The position numbers and the translations under genes were made by a program. From contig CAVQCI010000005.1 in the NCBI GenBank assembly GCA_963710985.1, positions 111,892 to 175,891 on the forward strand: a stretch of 64,000 bases of DNA, written 5' to 3'. This document shows, piece by piece, positions 42,898 to 53,199 of this stretch. The stretch comes from an uncultured Actinomycetes bacterium (GTDB lineage: Bacteria; Actinomycetota; UBA4738; HRBIN12). Under the pieces are notes generated by a model. It saw only the letters and a program-made list of their open reading frames with translations. It had not been told where the DNA came from and did no database searches. Within the stretch, counting starts at the first letter, position 1. Every line of letters begins with the position of its first letter.

Positions 42898-44220
42898 ATG
42901 CGCGGCGTGGACATGCCGGAGACCCGCTACGCCCGGACCGACGACGGCGTCTCCGTCGCGTACAACGTCGCCGGCGACGGCCCCGTCGACCTCCTGTGGC
43001 TCCACGCCTTCATGGGCGGCCTCGAGGTGATCTGGGAACAGCCGCTGATGCGCGAGCTGACCGAGCGCCTGGCGTCGTTCGCGCGGGTGATCCGCCACGA
43101 CATACGGGCGACGGGGCTGTCGGGCCGAGCCGCATCGCTGCCCGATCTCGAGACCCAGGTGCAGGACGTGGTGACGGTCCTGGACGCCGTCGGGTCGCGC
43201 TCGACCGTGATCGTGGGGGCGGGGCCCGGCTCGCATCTGGCGATCATGTTCGGCGCGACCTACCCGTCGCGCACCCGCGCGCTCTGCCTCTACGACCTGC
43301 AGGCCTGGTCCGGCCAGGCGTTCCAGGAGCGCGACCTCGGCATCATCACGCGGACGTGGGGGACGGAGGCGGCGGCCGCGGCCACGATCGCCGACGTGGC
43401 GCCCACCCTCCTCGGGGACCGCGACTTCCTGCGCTGGCACGCGAGGATGCAGCGGCACTTCGTGCCGCCCGACGCCGCCGCCGACCTGATGGGGATGATG
43501 TTCGCGACCGACATCCGCCCGGTGCTCCCTGCGATCCACGTACCCACGCTCGTGCTGACCCGCGAGCTGCCCGGCCGCGAGCAGGACGAGGCGCTCACCG
43601 CGGAGATCGATGGGCGCGCGGTTCCAGGTCGTGCCCGGGCGGGACCGCGCGACGTTCGGGGAGCGCCAGGACGCACTGCTGCGACGCGATCCGCGACTTC
43701 CTCGGGCTCGAGCCGCGCGCGCCCGGCGGCCCAGCGCCTGCTCCGAGCGGTCCTGTTCACCGACATCGTCTCCTCGACGGAGCAGCTCGCGCGCGTGGGC
43801 GACGAGGCGTGGCGCGAGGTGATCGTCGAGCACGACGCGCGCGCGAAGGCCGCGGTCGAGGCGCACGGCGGGCGGGTCGTCAAGAGCACCGGCGACGGCG
43901 TGCTCGCGACGTTCGAGGGGCCCGCGCAGGCGGTGCGCGGCGGGCGCGCGATCGGCGAGGCGGTGCGCGACCTCGGGATCGCGATCCGCGCCGGCGTCCA
44001 CGTCGGGGAGATCGAGGCGATCGGCGAGGACGTCGCCGGCGTCACGGTCCACGTGGCGGCGAGGGTCTCGGCGCTCGCCGGCGCCGACGAGGTGCTCGTG
44101 TCCTCCACCGTCAAGGACCTGATCGCGGGGAGCGGCCTCGCGTTCGAGGAGGCGGGGGAGCACGCGCTGAAGGGCGTGCCGGGCACCTGGGCGTTGTTCC
44201 GCCTGGCGCCCGATCAGTAG
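42898..44220 (+). CDS. Alpha/beta-hydrolase-fold plus class III adenylate/guanylate cyclase (LipJ/Rv1900c-like)
   Basis: ETRYART...AYNVAGDGP; LFTDIVSST, KSTGDG, GVHVGE, VHVAARV; local frameshift pair ~43610-43720. Confidence 0.88.
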   Translation: MRGVDMPETRYARTDDGVSVAYNVAGDGPVDLLWLHAFMGGLEVIWEQPLMRELTERLASFARVIRHDIRATGLSGRAASLPDLETQVQDVVTVLDAVGSRSTVIVGAGPGSHLAIMFGATYPSRTRALCLYDLQAWSGQAFQERDLGIITRTWGTEAAAAATIADVAPTLLGDRDFLRWHARMQRHFVPPDAAADLMGMMFATDIRPVLPAIHVPTLVLTRELPGREQDEALTAEIDGRAVPGRARAGPRDVRGAPGRTAATRSATSSGSSRARPAAQRLLRAVLFTDIVSSTEQLARVGDEAWREVIVEHDARAKAAVEAHGGRVVKSTGDGVLATFEGPAQAVRGGRAIGEAVRDLGIAIRAGVHVGEIEAIGEDVAGVTVHVAARVSALAGADEVLVSSTVKDLIAGSGLAFEEAGEHALKGVPGTWALFRLAPDQ

Positions 44221-44230
44221 GCGACCGGCT

Positions 44231-45439
44231 TCAGGCGGCCGGCGACGCCGACGGCGGCCACGGGTCGACCACCTTCGCCTCGCCGATGTCGATCCGCACG
44301 AGGACGTTGGCCAGCTTCTCGGGCCGGAGCGCCCACGCGAGCGTCGGGCTCGCCGACGCGAGCCCGCTGAGGGGAAGTGCGCCGACCGAGATCGCCGCCC
44401 ACCCGCGCGTGTCGCCCTGGTGCACGTACCGGTACACGAAGCGGTTGCCGGGGGAGACCCAGGATCCGTCGACCCCGGTGACGGCCGTGTCGACGCCGGG
44501 CCACATCGCGTTCGGGTGGGGGGCCGCGCCCGACCAGATCCGCACGACCGACCAGGTGGTCCCGCCGTCGGTCGATCGCTCGAACGCGACCTTCGCGTGC
44601 GATCCCCGCCGGTAGGTGACCGCCACCTCGAGCGACCCGTCGGCGAGCCGGGTCGGCACGCCGGGGTAGGCGGCGCCCTTCGCCCCGGACGGCGGCCGGG
44701 GGAGGGTGACCGCCGTCCAGGTCCGGCCGCCGTCGGTGGAGCGCTGGAGGACGCCTCCGACGAGGCCCGCCATCCATCCGTCGGTGGGGGACGTGAAGGC
44801 GATGTCGTGAGGGGCGCCCACGACCTTCCAGTCGACCGGACGCCAGGTCTTGCCACCGTCGGTCGACCTGGAGAGGTCGGCCCCAGGGCCGGTCGGCTCG
44901 ACGTGGATCAGCCAGCCGTTCAGCGGGTCGACGAAATCGGGCTGGATCTTCGCGCCTGCGTTGCAGGTCTGAGCGCCGGCGATGGCGCTGTTCCAGGTGT
45001 TGCCTCCGTCGGTCGTTCGGAAGAGCAGGGCCCGCCCACCGGTGCAGCTCGAGGCGACGACCCAGCCCGTGGTCGGATCCAGGAAGAACGGGTGCTCGAG
45101 CGCGAACGAGTGCGGGATCCCGGGCGGGGTCATCTCGTACCAGGTCTTGCCGGCGTCCTGGGTGCCCATCAGGTGCTGACGGCAGCGCGCGTCGTCGCGC
45201 GGGCCGACGCATGTGCCGAGCGCGACCACCGTGAACGACGGGCTCACGGCGTCGACCCCCGAGACCACCTGCCAGCGCGCCGTCGCCACGGGCGTGGGCG
45301 ACACCGAGGACGGGGTGACCGCGGGTGCGGAAGACGGGGGTGAGGGGGAGGAGGCGGAGGTGGTCGTCGTGTTCGACGTGCACGCGGCGAGCAGCACCGT
45401 CGTCCCCGCGAGCGCGAACGCTCGGAACGTGCGACCCAA
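44231..45439 (-). CDS. Lipoprotein with BNR/Asp-box repeats (beta-propeller)
   Basis: LAAC lipobox; five (S/T)xDxGxTW repeats. Confidence 0.8.
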   Translation of the reverse strand: MGRTFRAFALAGTTVLLAACTSNTTTTSASSPSPPSSAPAVTPSSVSPTPVATARWQVVSGVDAVSPSFTVVALGTCVGPRDDARCRQHLMGTQDAGKTWYEMTPPGIPHSFALEHPFFLDPTTGWVVASSCTGGRALLFRTTDGGNTWNSAIAGAQTCNAGAKIQPDFVDPLNGWLIHVEPTGPGADLSRSTDGGKTWRPVDWKVVGAPHDIAFTSPTDGWMAGLVGGVLQRSTDGGRTWTAVTLPRPPSGAKGAAYPGVPTRLADGSLEVAVTYRRGSHAKVAFERSTDGGTTWSVVRIWSGAAPHPNAMWPGVDTAVTGVDGSWVSPGNRFVYRYVHQGDTRGWAAISVGALPLSGLASASPTLAWALRPEKLANVLVRIDIGEAKVVDPWPPSASPAA

Positions 45440-45569
45440 GGACGTCGTCTCGGCGATCCTCGAACGCTACACCCGGTCGCGATGCGCCGCGAGGGAGCGA
45501 GCCTGCGACGCACGACGTCCCGGCGTACGATGGGTGCGGCCGGCCCATCGTCGGCGGAGAGGTCGGAGG

Positions 45570-46016
45570 ATGCCGGACGAACTTGACGCGCTGCTCGATG
45601 CGTTCGACGAGGCCGAGCGCAGCCGGAGCGAGCGCCAGGCCGACGCGGCCGCGAAGATCGAGGCGCAGAACGCCGCGGCGGCCAGGCGGGTCGCCGAGGA
45701 GATCGTGCCGGTCCTGGAGGACATCGCGTCGCGGCTGCGCGCCCGCGGTCACTTCGCCGACGTCGAGTCGAGCGGCTCGAGCGCGGAGATCAGGTTCGTG
45801 CCGAAGAACGCGGTCGGCGCCTCGGAGCGCCCTCATCTCCTGTTCACGGTGAACGACGACCTCATCGTCGTGCGCGGCAGCATCGTCTCGTCCACGCGGA
45901 CCGGGTCCTCGCGCGCCGGCGACTCGTTCCCGCTCGACGCGTTGTCCGAGCAGCTCCTGCGCGAGCGGACCGTGGCGTGGATCGGCGAGGTGCTCGCCGT
46001 CGGTCAGCGGTCCTGA
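45570..46016 (+). CDS. Hypothetical protein (148 aa)
   Basis: ATG directly after GGAGG; GC3-rich codons. Confidence 0.6.
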   Translation: MPDELDALLDAFDEAERSRSERQADAAAKIEAQNAAAARRVAEEIVPVLEDIASRLRARGHFADVESSGSSAEIRFVPKNAVGASERPHLLFTVNDDLIVVRGSIVSSTRTGSSRAGDSFPLDALSEQLLRERTVAWIGEVLAVGQRS

Positions 46017-46050
46017 CCTCCCGGGCCGCTGCTGCTATCCTTCCCCGGTC

Positions 46051-46170
46051 GCCGTAGACAGCAGGGGCGCTCGCGCGCGTAATCCCGGCAACGGGCACCT
46101 GCCGAGGCAGCGAACCGGATGGGCACCGCACCGTGCGCGTCTCCGCTGTCTGCGGGGGCGCGTCGTTCAT
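46051..46170 (+). promoter_or_regulatory. Ribosomal protein L10 leader RNA
   Basis: CCGTAGACAGCAGG...TAA...CCTGCCGAGG directly upstream of rplJ; TGnTATCCT extended -10 at ~46033-46041. Confidence 0.85.
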
Positions 46171-46183
46171 GTGAGGAGGCGCG

Positions 46184-46785
46184 ATGCCCAGCACCCAGAA
46201 GGTCGAACGGGTCGCAGCACTGAAGGAGCGGATCGAAGGATCCAACGCCTTGCTGCTCGCGGAATACCGTGGCCTGAGCGTGTCCGAGATCACCGAGCTC
46301 CGCCGCTCGCTCCGCGAGGCGGACACGAGCTTCGCCGTGATCAAGAACACGCTGATGGCGCGGGCCGCGGTGGACGCCGGCATCGAGGACCTCGAGAGCT
46401 ACCTCGAGGGACCGAGCGCCGTCGCGTTCATCCACGGCGACCCCGTGGCGGCGGCCAAGAGCATCAAGGCCGCGTCGAAGCTGTACCCCGCCCTCGTGCT
46501 GAAGGGCGGCTTCATGGAGGGCCGGGTCCTCACGGCCGAGGACGCGAGCGCGCTCGCGGACCTCGAGTCCCGCGAGGTGATGCTGTCCAAGATCGCCGGC
46601 CTGATGAAGGGCGAGATGTCCCGCGCGGCGTCGATGTTCGTGTCCGCGCAGTCGAAGTTCCTGTCGCTGCTCGAGGCCTACAAGGAGAAGCTCCCCGGCG
46701 AGACCGTCGCCGAGGAGCCCGCCCCCCGAGGCCGAAGCGAGGAGCCCGAGGCCGAAGCGAAACCGAGAGCCCTGAGGAGGAGTGA
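46184..46785 (+). CDS. rplJ: 50S ribosomal protein L10; frameshift in the acidic tail
   Basis: [29 protein letters not shown]; real stop probably ...PEEE* at 46785. Confidence 0.94.
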
Positions 46786-46790
46786 CCCAG

Positions 46791-47177
46791 ATGGCGAAGA
46801 TGAGCACGGACGACCTGCTCGAACGGTTCAAGGAGATGACCCTCCTCGAGCTGTCGGAGTTCATCAAGCGGTTCGAGGAGACCTTCGACGTGACGGCGGC
46901 CGCCGCGGCGCCGGTCATGATGGCCGCCCCGGGCGCCGCCGGCGGCGGCGAGGAGGCCGAGGAGCAGACGGAGTTCGACGTCATCCTCACCGGCGCGGGC
47001 GACCAGAAGATCCAGGTGATCAAGGAGGTGCGCGCGCTCACGAGCCTCGGCCTGAAGGAGGCCAAGGACCTCGTGGACGGCGCCCCCAAGCCCGTCCTGG
47101 AGAAGGTCAACAAGGAAGCCGCCGACAAGGCGAAGGAGCAGCTCGAGGGCGTCGGCGCCACCGTCGAGGTCAAGTAG
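46791..47177 (+). CDS. rplL: 50S ribosomal protein L7/L12
   Basis: [27 protein letters not shown]. Confidence 0.97.
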   Translation: MAKMSTDDLLERFKEMTLLELSEFIKRFEETFDVTAAAAAPVMMAAPGAAGGGEEAEEQTEFDVILTGAGDQKIQVIKEVRALTSLGLKEAKDLVDGAPKPVLEKVNKEAADKAKEQLEGVGATVEVK

Positions 47178-47195
47178 CTCCGAGCGTCAAAGCGA

Positions 47196-47225
47196 AGAGG
47201 GGGCCGCGTGCTCGCGGCCCCCTCT
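47196..47225. terminator. Terminator hairpin after rplL
   Basis: AGAGGGGGCCGCG-TGCT-CGCGGCCCCCTCT perfect 13-bp stem between convergent genes. Confidence 0.75.
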
Positions 47226-47242
47226 CGCGTGCGGGCGGCCGG

Positions 47243-47881
47243 TCAGAACCCCGGCACGACGAGATCCGCCCGGCTCCGGGGGTCGTCGTGCTCGAAGTAC
47301 CAGTCCTCGGCGGCCGTCCACGTCTCGATCAGGGTGTGGACGCGGGGGGCTCGCTTCGCGGCCACCCGCTCCCGGCACAGCTCGCGTGGCGTCTGGACGA
47401 AGATCCGGACGTCGAGGAACGCCTCGAGCTCCCGGCGCGTCGACTGCACCCCGTCGAGGATCACGATCCCTCGCGGATGCAGCGGGACCGGCGTGCGGTC
47501 CACCACGCAACGCCTCCGGTCGTAGCGCCGGTACCTCGTGTCGGACCCCTTGCGCAGCGGCTGCAGCACCTCCGCACGCAGCCGGCGCCAATCCTGGAGC
47601 GAGGCCGCGGCCTCCTCGGGCGCCAACGAGATCCGTCGCTCGTACGGCATCGGGCGGTAGAAGTCCTTGGTGTCGACGATCGTGGCGCCGAGCTCGTCGG
47701 CGAGCCGGCGCGCGAGCACGCTCTTGCCCGCGCCGCAGTGGCCGTCGATCCCGACCAGGGTCACCGGCCCGGTGCAGGCGCCCCGTATCAGCCCGCAGGC
47801 GCGGCGGAAACCCTCGTCCTGGGCTACCCGTTCGGCGACGTCAAGCAGCTGCAACCCGCGGCCCTTCCTTCCGTCCGACAT
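47243..47881 (-). CDS. Uridine kinase-like P-loop protein
   Basis: GIDGHCGAGKS, DFYRP, ILDG. Confidence 0.78.
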   Translation of the reverse strand: MSDGRKGRGLQLLDVAERVAQDEGFRRACGLIRGACTGPVTLVGIDGHCGAGKSVLARRLADELGATIVDTKDFYRPMPYERRISLAPEEAAASLQDWRRLRAEVLQPLRKGSDTRYRRYDRRRCVVDRTPVPLHPRGIVILDGVQSTRRELEAFLDVRIFVQTPRELCRERVAAKRAPRVHTLIETWTAAEDWYFEHDDPRSRADLVVPGF

Positions 47882-47987
47882 CCTCGCGGACGAGCGGGAC
47901 CGCCTGCCGTGCCGGTGGTCCCGCCTCCGAGGGACGACTCGGCTATTGGCGTTCAGCGCAACCTGTGGGCCGGATCCCCGGGTCGGA

Positions 47988-48470
47988 TCAGCCCGTGCGG
48001 ATGCAGAGGTGGTCGACGTTCGGGTCGGTGTAGACCACGCCTCTCGCCTCGTCGGCCAGCCGCGGGTTCGTGAAGCACACGCGGAGCAGGTGCGCGCGCT
48101 GCCTGCCCGGGCAGTTCGGGTAGACGAGCGCCGGGTCGAGGTAGGCGGTCTCGGTGAAGACGCCCGAGGCCGCGGCCCGCCCGCTCACCTTCGAGGAGCG
48201 CGGTCCGGCGTTCACCGTCACCTCGGTGCCCGAGGCCTTGCCCGTGGGCAGCAGGCACGCGTACCGCGCCCGCGAGGACGCGCGGAAGCGCACCGTCACG
48301 TCGGCCGCGGGCTTCAGCCCGACCTCGCTGAACGACGCCACCAGCGTCACCAGATCGTTCGTGAACGTGACGCCGCGGAACCGCACCGCCGCGCTCGCCT
48401 CGCCGACCGTGGCGCCGAGCAGGGCCACCGCGACCCCCGCCACCACCAGACCACGCACGTACCCGTTCAT
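47988..48470 (-). CDS. Secreted hypothetical protein (four Cys)
   Basis: Signal peptide ending ASA; RBS GGAGG. Confidence 0.62.
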   Translation of the reverse strand: MNGYVRGLVVAGVAVALLGATVGEASAAVRFRGVTFTNDLVTLVASFSEVGLKPAADVTVRFRASSRARYACLLPTGKASGTEVTVNAGPRSSKVSGRAAASGVFTETAYLDPALVYPNCPGRQRAHLLRVCFTNPRLADEARGVVYTDPNVDHLCIRTG

Positions 48471-48554
48471 CAGACCCTCCCGTGACCGACGGAGCCTCCA
48501 GTTTCGCAGGGCGGCATCCCCGAGCGCTACGTCGAACGCCGCAGATCCGCCTGC

Positions 48555-49217
48555 TCAGCGCGCCTCGAGGACGTAGCCCATCCCGCGCGCGGTCCGCAGC
48601 CGGCCGCTGCCGAGCTTCTTGCGCAGGTAGCTCACGTAGACGTCCACGACGTTCGAGCCGGGGTCGAAGTCGTAGCCCCAGACGTGGCTGAGGATCTGCT
48701 CGCGGCTGAGCACCTGCCCCGGGTGCTCGAAGAACAGCTTGGCCAGCGCGAACTCGCGGGCCGACAGCTCCACCATCTGCCCGTCGACGAACGCGCGCTT
48801 CGTGCGGAGATCCAGTGACGCACCCCCGACCGTCAGGGTCGCGGCGTCGGGCGCGCGCTCGGGCCGGAGGCGCGCGCGCACGCGCGCGAGCAGCTCGTCG
48901 AAGTGGAACGGCTTGGTCACGTAGTCGTCGGCGCCGGTGTCCAGGCCCACCACGGTGTCGGCGACGCTGTCGCGCGCGGTGAGGATCACCACCGGCAGCC
49001 GCCGGCCCTCGCGACGCAGCTCCTCGAGCACCGTGAGCCCGTCGAGCTCGGGGAGCCCGAGGTCCAGGACCAGCAGGTCGAACTCGCCCGAGCGCACCAG
49101 CGTGAGCGCGTCGTCGCCGCGCTCGGCGACCTTCGCGGTGAATCCCTCCGCCTCGAACCCGCGCTGCAGGAACGACGCGATGCCGGTCTCGTCCTCGGCG
49201 ATCAGGATCCGCGTCAC
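48555..49217 (-). CDS. OmpR-family response regulator
   Basis: ILIAEDE, VLDLGLP, GADDYVTKPF, VVDVYVSYLRKKL. Confidence 0.93.
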   Translation of the reverse strand: MTRILIAEDETGIASFLQRGFEAEGFTAKVAERGDDALTLVRSGEFDLLVLDLGLPELDGLTVLEELRREGRRLPVVILTARDSVADTVVGLDTGADDYVTKPFHFDELLARVRARLRPERAPDAATLTVGGASLDLRTKRAFVDGQMVELSAREFALAKLFFEHPGQVLSREQILSHVWGYDFDPGSNVVDVYVSYLRKKLGSGRLRTARGMGYVLEAR

Positions 49218-50734
49218 GGGGCGCCTCCGAGCGGCTGGTCCACCGGGACCTGGATCGTGAACGTGGCGCCCTGCCCGGGCGCGCTCCGCACCGAGACGCT
49301 CCCGTGGTGGGCCTCCGCGATCGCGCGCACGATCGCGAGCCCGAGCCCCGCGCCCTCCCCGCGGCGCACGTCGGCGCCGCGCGTGAACCGGTCGAAGATC
49401 CGCTCCTGCTCGGCGGGCGCGATCCCCACGCCTTCGTCGCGGACCCAGAACAGCGCGGCGCCGTTCGTGACCGAGGACCCGATCGCGATCGCCGCGCCGG
49501 GCGCCGTGTGCTTCACCGCGTTGTCGGCGAGCTGCATCAGCGCCTCGGTGAGGCGCTGGCGGTCCGCGACGATCACCCCGCGCCCGGCCGCCTCCTGCTC
49601 CCACCGCCGGTCCCCGAGCGCGGCCGCCTTGGACGCGACCTCGGCGGTGAGCGTGGCGACGTCGACGGTGTCCAGGCGCAGGAAGTCCGGACGCTGGGCC
49701 TTCGCGAGCAGCAGCAGGTCGTTCACGATCCGCGTCATCCGGTCGAGCTCGTCCATCACGAGCGCGAGCGTCTCCTCGCGCCGCGCGGGGTCGTCCTGCA
49801 GCAGCTCCAGCTGGCCGGTCACGATCGTGATCGGCGTCCGCAGCTCGTGGCCGGCGTCGTCGAGGAACGCGCGCTGCGCGACGAACGCGGACTCGAGCCG
49901 GTCCAAGACGTCGTTGAAGGTGGCGGCCAGCCGCGCGATCTCGTCGCTGCCGCGCACCGGCACGCGCCGCGACAGGTCCGAGCCGGTGATCGACCGCGCC
50001 GTCTGGGTCACCGCCGCGACCGGCCGGAGCACCCGCGACGCCAGGCTCCACGCCAGGATCGATCCGACCAGCAGCGCGATCAGCGCGACGCCGATCGCCG
50101 CGTCCACCGCCTCGTTGACCTCCCGCATCTCGGCGTCGCGGAACAGCGCGACCGCGTACACCCCGTGGGCCGGGCTCGGCCCCTCGATCGGGGCCGCGAG
50201 GTACTCGTACGTCCCGTCGGCCGTCGTGAGGACGCCCCGCTCCTGGTGGTCGAGCTTGCCCCACCCCTGCGCGATCGCCACGTCGAACTCGAGCGGCGGC
50301 GCCACGGTCCGGTCACCGACCTCGCGCATCTGCGGCCAGCCGTTCACGAACGTGAAGTCGGTCTCCGCGGGCTCGGGCGGGTCGGTCGGCAGGAACGCGA
50401 GGAAGAAGCTCCGCATGTGCGCGCCGTAGGGCTGTCCCGTCTCGGGGTCGGTCATCGCGGCGACCGCCTGCACCTCCTGGATCTCGTGGGTCAGGCGCAC
50501 GTCGATCCGGTCGTCCACGCGGGTGAGCAGCACCTCGCGGACCACGAGGATCGCCGCGAGCAGCGTGAGCGCGAGGAGCGCCACGTAGCGGAACAGCAGC
50601 CGCGCCCGGATCCCGGTCAGGGCTCGCCGCAGACGCGTCGCGCGGTCGGGCCGCTGCTCCTCCGGCACCGGCGGGAACCGGGCAGGCGCGGGCGGCGACG
50701 GCACATCGCGGACGGAACCGGTGCGTGCAGACAT
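49214..50734 (-). CDS. Membrane sensor histidine kinase (HAMP-HisKA-HATPase)
   Basis: Two TM helices, AGHELRTPIT, NAVKH, DEGVG, GAGLGLAIV. Confidence 0.93.
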   Translation of the reverse strand: MSARTGSVRDVPSPPAPARFPPVPEEQRPDRATRLRRALTGIRARLLFRYVALLALTLLAAILVVREVLLTRVDDRIDVRLTHEIQEVQAVAAMTDPETGQPYGAHMRSFFLAFLPTDPPEPAETDFTFVNGWPQMREVGDRTVAPPLEFDVAIAQGWGKLDHQERGVLTTADGTYEYLAAPIEGPSPAHGVYAVALFRDAEMREVNEAVDAAIGVALIALLVGSILAWSLASRVLRPVAAVTQTARSITGSDLSRRVPVRGSDEIARLAATFNDVLDRLESAFVAQRAFLDDAGHELRTPITIVTGQLELLQDDPARREETLALVMDELDRMTRIVNDLLLLAKAQRPDFLRLDTVDVATLTAEVASKAAALGDRRWEQEAAGRGVIVADRQRLTEALMQLADNAVKHTAPGAAIAIGSSVTNGAALFWVRDEGVGIAPAEQERIFDRFTRGADVRRGEGAGLGLAIVRAIAEAHHGSVSVRSAPGQGATFTIQVPVDQPLGGAP

Positions 50735-50793
50735 CGCCCCTCTGCCACCGAGTCTAGGAACGACCCGATCGGCCGGCACCGCGGTTCGGCCCC

Positions 50794-50821
50794 ATGAGAG
50801 CACGTCTCACGGCCCTCTCAC
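50794..50821 (+). promoter_or_regulatory. Putative response-regulator binding site
   Basis: ATGAGAGCACGTCTCACG followed by a second TCTCAC 11 bp later (TCTCAC-N5-TCTCAC). Confidence 0.65.
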
Positions 50822-50873
50822 GCAGGGCTGATGCGCGGGCGGTGAGATGGAGTCAGGAAGGAAGGAGGACATC

Positions 50874-51273
50874 ATGAAGACCAGACGGCTCCGCGGGATG
50901 ACCGCGGTGCTCACGGCCCTGGTGCTCGTCGGCACGATGTTCGTCGCCACGGCGTTCGCCGACGACGACGGCCGCGAGGTGCACAAGCACGGCGTGTGCA
51001 GCTCCGGCGCGCTGTGGAAGATCGAGGCGGAGGACGATGGCCGGGCGGCTCGAGTTCGAGTTCGACGTCAACGCGACGGTGGCCGGGCAGGATTGGCGCG
51101 TGCGGCTCCGCCACAACGGCGAGGTCTACGCGCGGATCATGAGGACCACGAACCACCGTGGCAACTTCGAGGTCGAGCGGATGGTGACCGACGTGCTCGG
51201 CACCGACACCCTGGGCGCACGGGCGGTCAACCTGAAGACCAGCCAGGTGTGCGCGGGACATGTGTCGATCTGA
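50874..51273 (+). CDS. Small secreted two-Cys protein, paralog of 8248..8638; frameshift near 51043
   Basis: MKTRRLRG...AFAD; GVCS...EFDVNAT...TTNHRGNFEV...C. Confidence 0.75.
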
Positions 51274-51279
51274 CGGTCC

Positions 51280-52627
51280 TCAGGGGCTCCAGGAGTACCC
51301 GGGCGGTCCGGTGTCGCAGAGGCTCTCCGCGGTGGTGTGCAGACGAGCGAGGTCGGTCGCGTCCGTCGAGGCGAGGTTGGTCAGCTCGTCGGGCTCGGCG
51401 TAGAGCTCCTCCCGGTAGGTCGACGTGCCGTCGCCGTTGAGGAACTGGAAGCGGACGTACAGGAGGTCGTTGCCCTTGGCCGGGTCGATCTCCCGGATGC
51501 CGCAGTACGAGGGGACGTGGCTCGGATCGCCCGTGCCCAGCTCCTGATAGTGCTCGATCAGGAACCGGGTGCGCGGCGTGTAGGTCGGTCTGAACCAGTT
51601 GATGCCCTCCGTCGAGGTGAGCGGGGCGATGCCGGCCGCATGCGTCAGGCTGGTGCGCAGGTCCACGTTCAGCACGATGTCGTCCGTCCCGGCCAGGGGC
51701 TGGGGCAGGCCCGGGTCGAGCGTCTCGTAGATCATCGGGATGCGGGTCGATCCGTCGTACGGCCACTGCTTGCCCGTGACGGGGACCCCACGTTCCCTCG
51801 CTCTCGCCCCAGAGCAGCCCGTTGTCGGACAGGTACACCACGATCGTGTTGCTCGGAAGGACGGAGAGCAGCTTGCCGACGGCCCGGTCCACCCCGAAGG
51901 CCGACTCCAGCATCTGCTCCCTGACGATCGGGGTTCCCGTATCGGCGGACGTCACCCAGGAGAAGCGGCCCACGTCCTGCGGCGACGGGATGGAAGGGCC
52001 GTGCGGCGCCGTGAAGGCGTAGTACAGGAAGAACGGGGCGTTGGCCGCGACTGCGTGACCGACGAAGGTCTCGGCCTGCTGCTCGAGCACGTTGGTGATG
52101 TAGTCCTTGAACGGTCGGCTGCCGTAGTGGAGCAGCTTCCCACCGGTGGCCGTCACCCCGTAGTTGTAGTAGGCACCCGTGTTCGTGGCGAACCACTTGT
52201 TCCAGCCCGGCGGGACGTAGGGATCCTTGCCGCCCAGATATCCGTTGAGGTACTTGCCGATCATGGCCGTGCGGTAGCCCTGCTGCTGGAAGTCCACCGC
52301 GATCGTGTGCTTGTCGTCGAACGCCTGGAAGCCGCCGTAGGGGCCGCCGTTGTACCAGACGCCCGTGGTGTGGCTGTAGTCACCGGTCAGGATCGAGGTC
52401 CGCGACGGACAGCACAGCGGGTTCGGCACGAACGCGTTGGTGAAGGCGGAGGGGTTCCCCGCGACGAGCTTCTTGTAGATGCGCGGGGTGAACGTGGGCG
52501 TCACCATGTCGAAGCGCTGATCGTCCGACATCAGGATCACGACGTTCGGGTGCGTCGTCGCCGCGGAGGCACTCCTGGGGACCAGGACGGTCCCGGCGAG
52601 CACGAGCAGTGCGATGAGCTTCCTCAT
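51280..52627 (-). CDS. Secreted Cys-type sulfatase; frameshift near 51780
   Basis: Signal peptide, PNVVILMSDD, CCPSRTSILTG, IGKYLN, SDNG. Confidence 0.9.
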
Positions 52628-52847
52628 GCCTTGGCCTTTCGCGCTCGTGAGCCCGCATACCGTATGCCCTTCGACCCCGGACGTGCGTATGCCGCACAAC
52701 AAGCCTAGTCTGGATGTAGTAGAGAGATACCGGGAGGTTGGCCGTTATGGATGGCTGTCCTCCGGAAGGGCGCGTGCTACGTTGCGCGTGCCGTGAAGGG
52801 GGAGGCTCCGGTTCCTTGTTAACCGGCCACGAGAACCGAGGAGGTTC

Positions 52848-53189
52848 ATGGTGAGCACCGAACGGCATTTCGGCACACGACTGCGCGAGTCCCGCCTCGC
52901 GGCAGGGCTCAGCCAGTCCGAGCTCGAAGACCTGTCGGGCATCCCCAAGGCGCGGCTGTCGCGGTACGAGAACGGGCACGTCGAGCCCTCGATCCAGACG
53001 CTCAACCGTCTGGCGCGGGCCCTGAACGTCTCCGAGGCGTCGCTCCTGGGCGACGAGCGGGCGGCGATGGAGGAGTTCTTCCTGCGCCTGGCCGAGCGCG
53101 GCATCACGATCTCGTCCAAGGACGAGGCGCGCGAGCTGGCGGACCGCCTCGCGGCGTCCCTCGGCACGCACAGCGACTCGCTCGTCTGA
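52848..53189 (+). CDS. XRE-family HTH regulator
   Basis: GLSQSELE...LSRYENGHVEPS. Confidence 0.88.
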   Translation: MVSTERHFGTRLRESRLAAGLSQSELEDLSGIPKARLSRYENGHVEPSIQTLNRLARALNVSEASLLGDERAAMEEFFLRLAERGITISSKDEARELADRLAASLGTHSDSLV

Positions 53190-53199
53190 AGCGCGGAAC

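Noticed and set aside
46184-48073. 629-aa L10 fusion ORF
   Set aside because: An indel in the L10 tail reads through rplL out of frame; L10 ends near 46785
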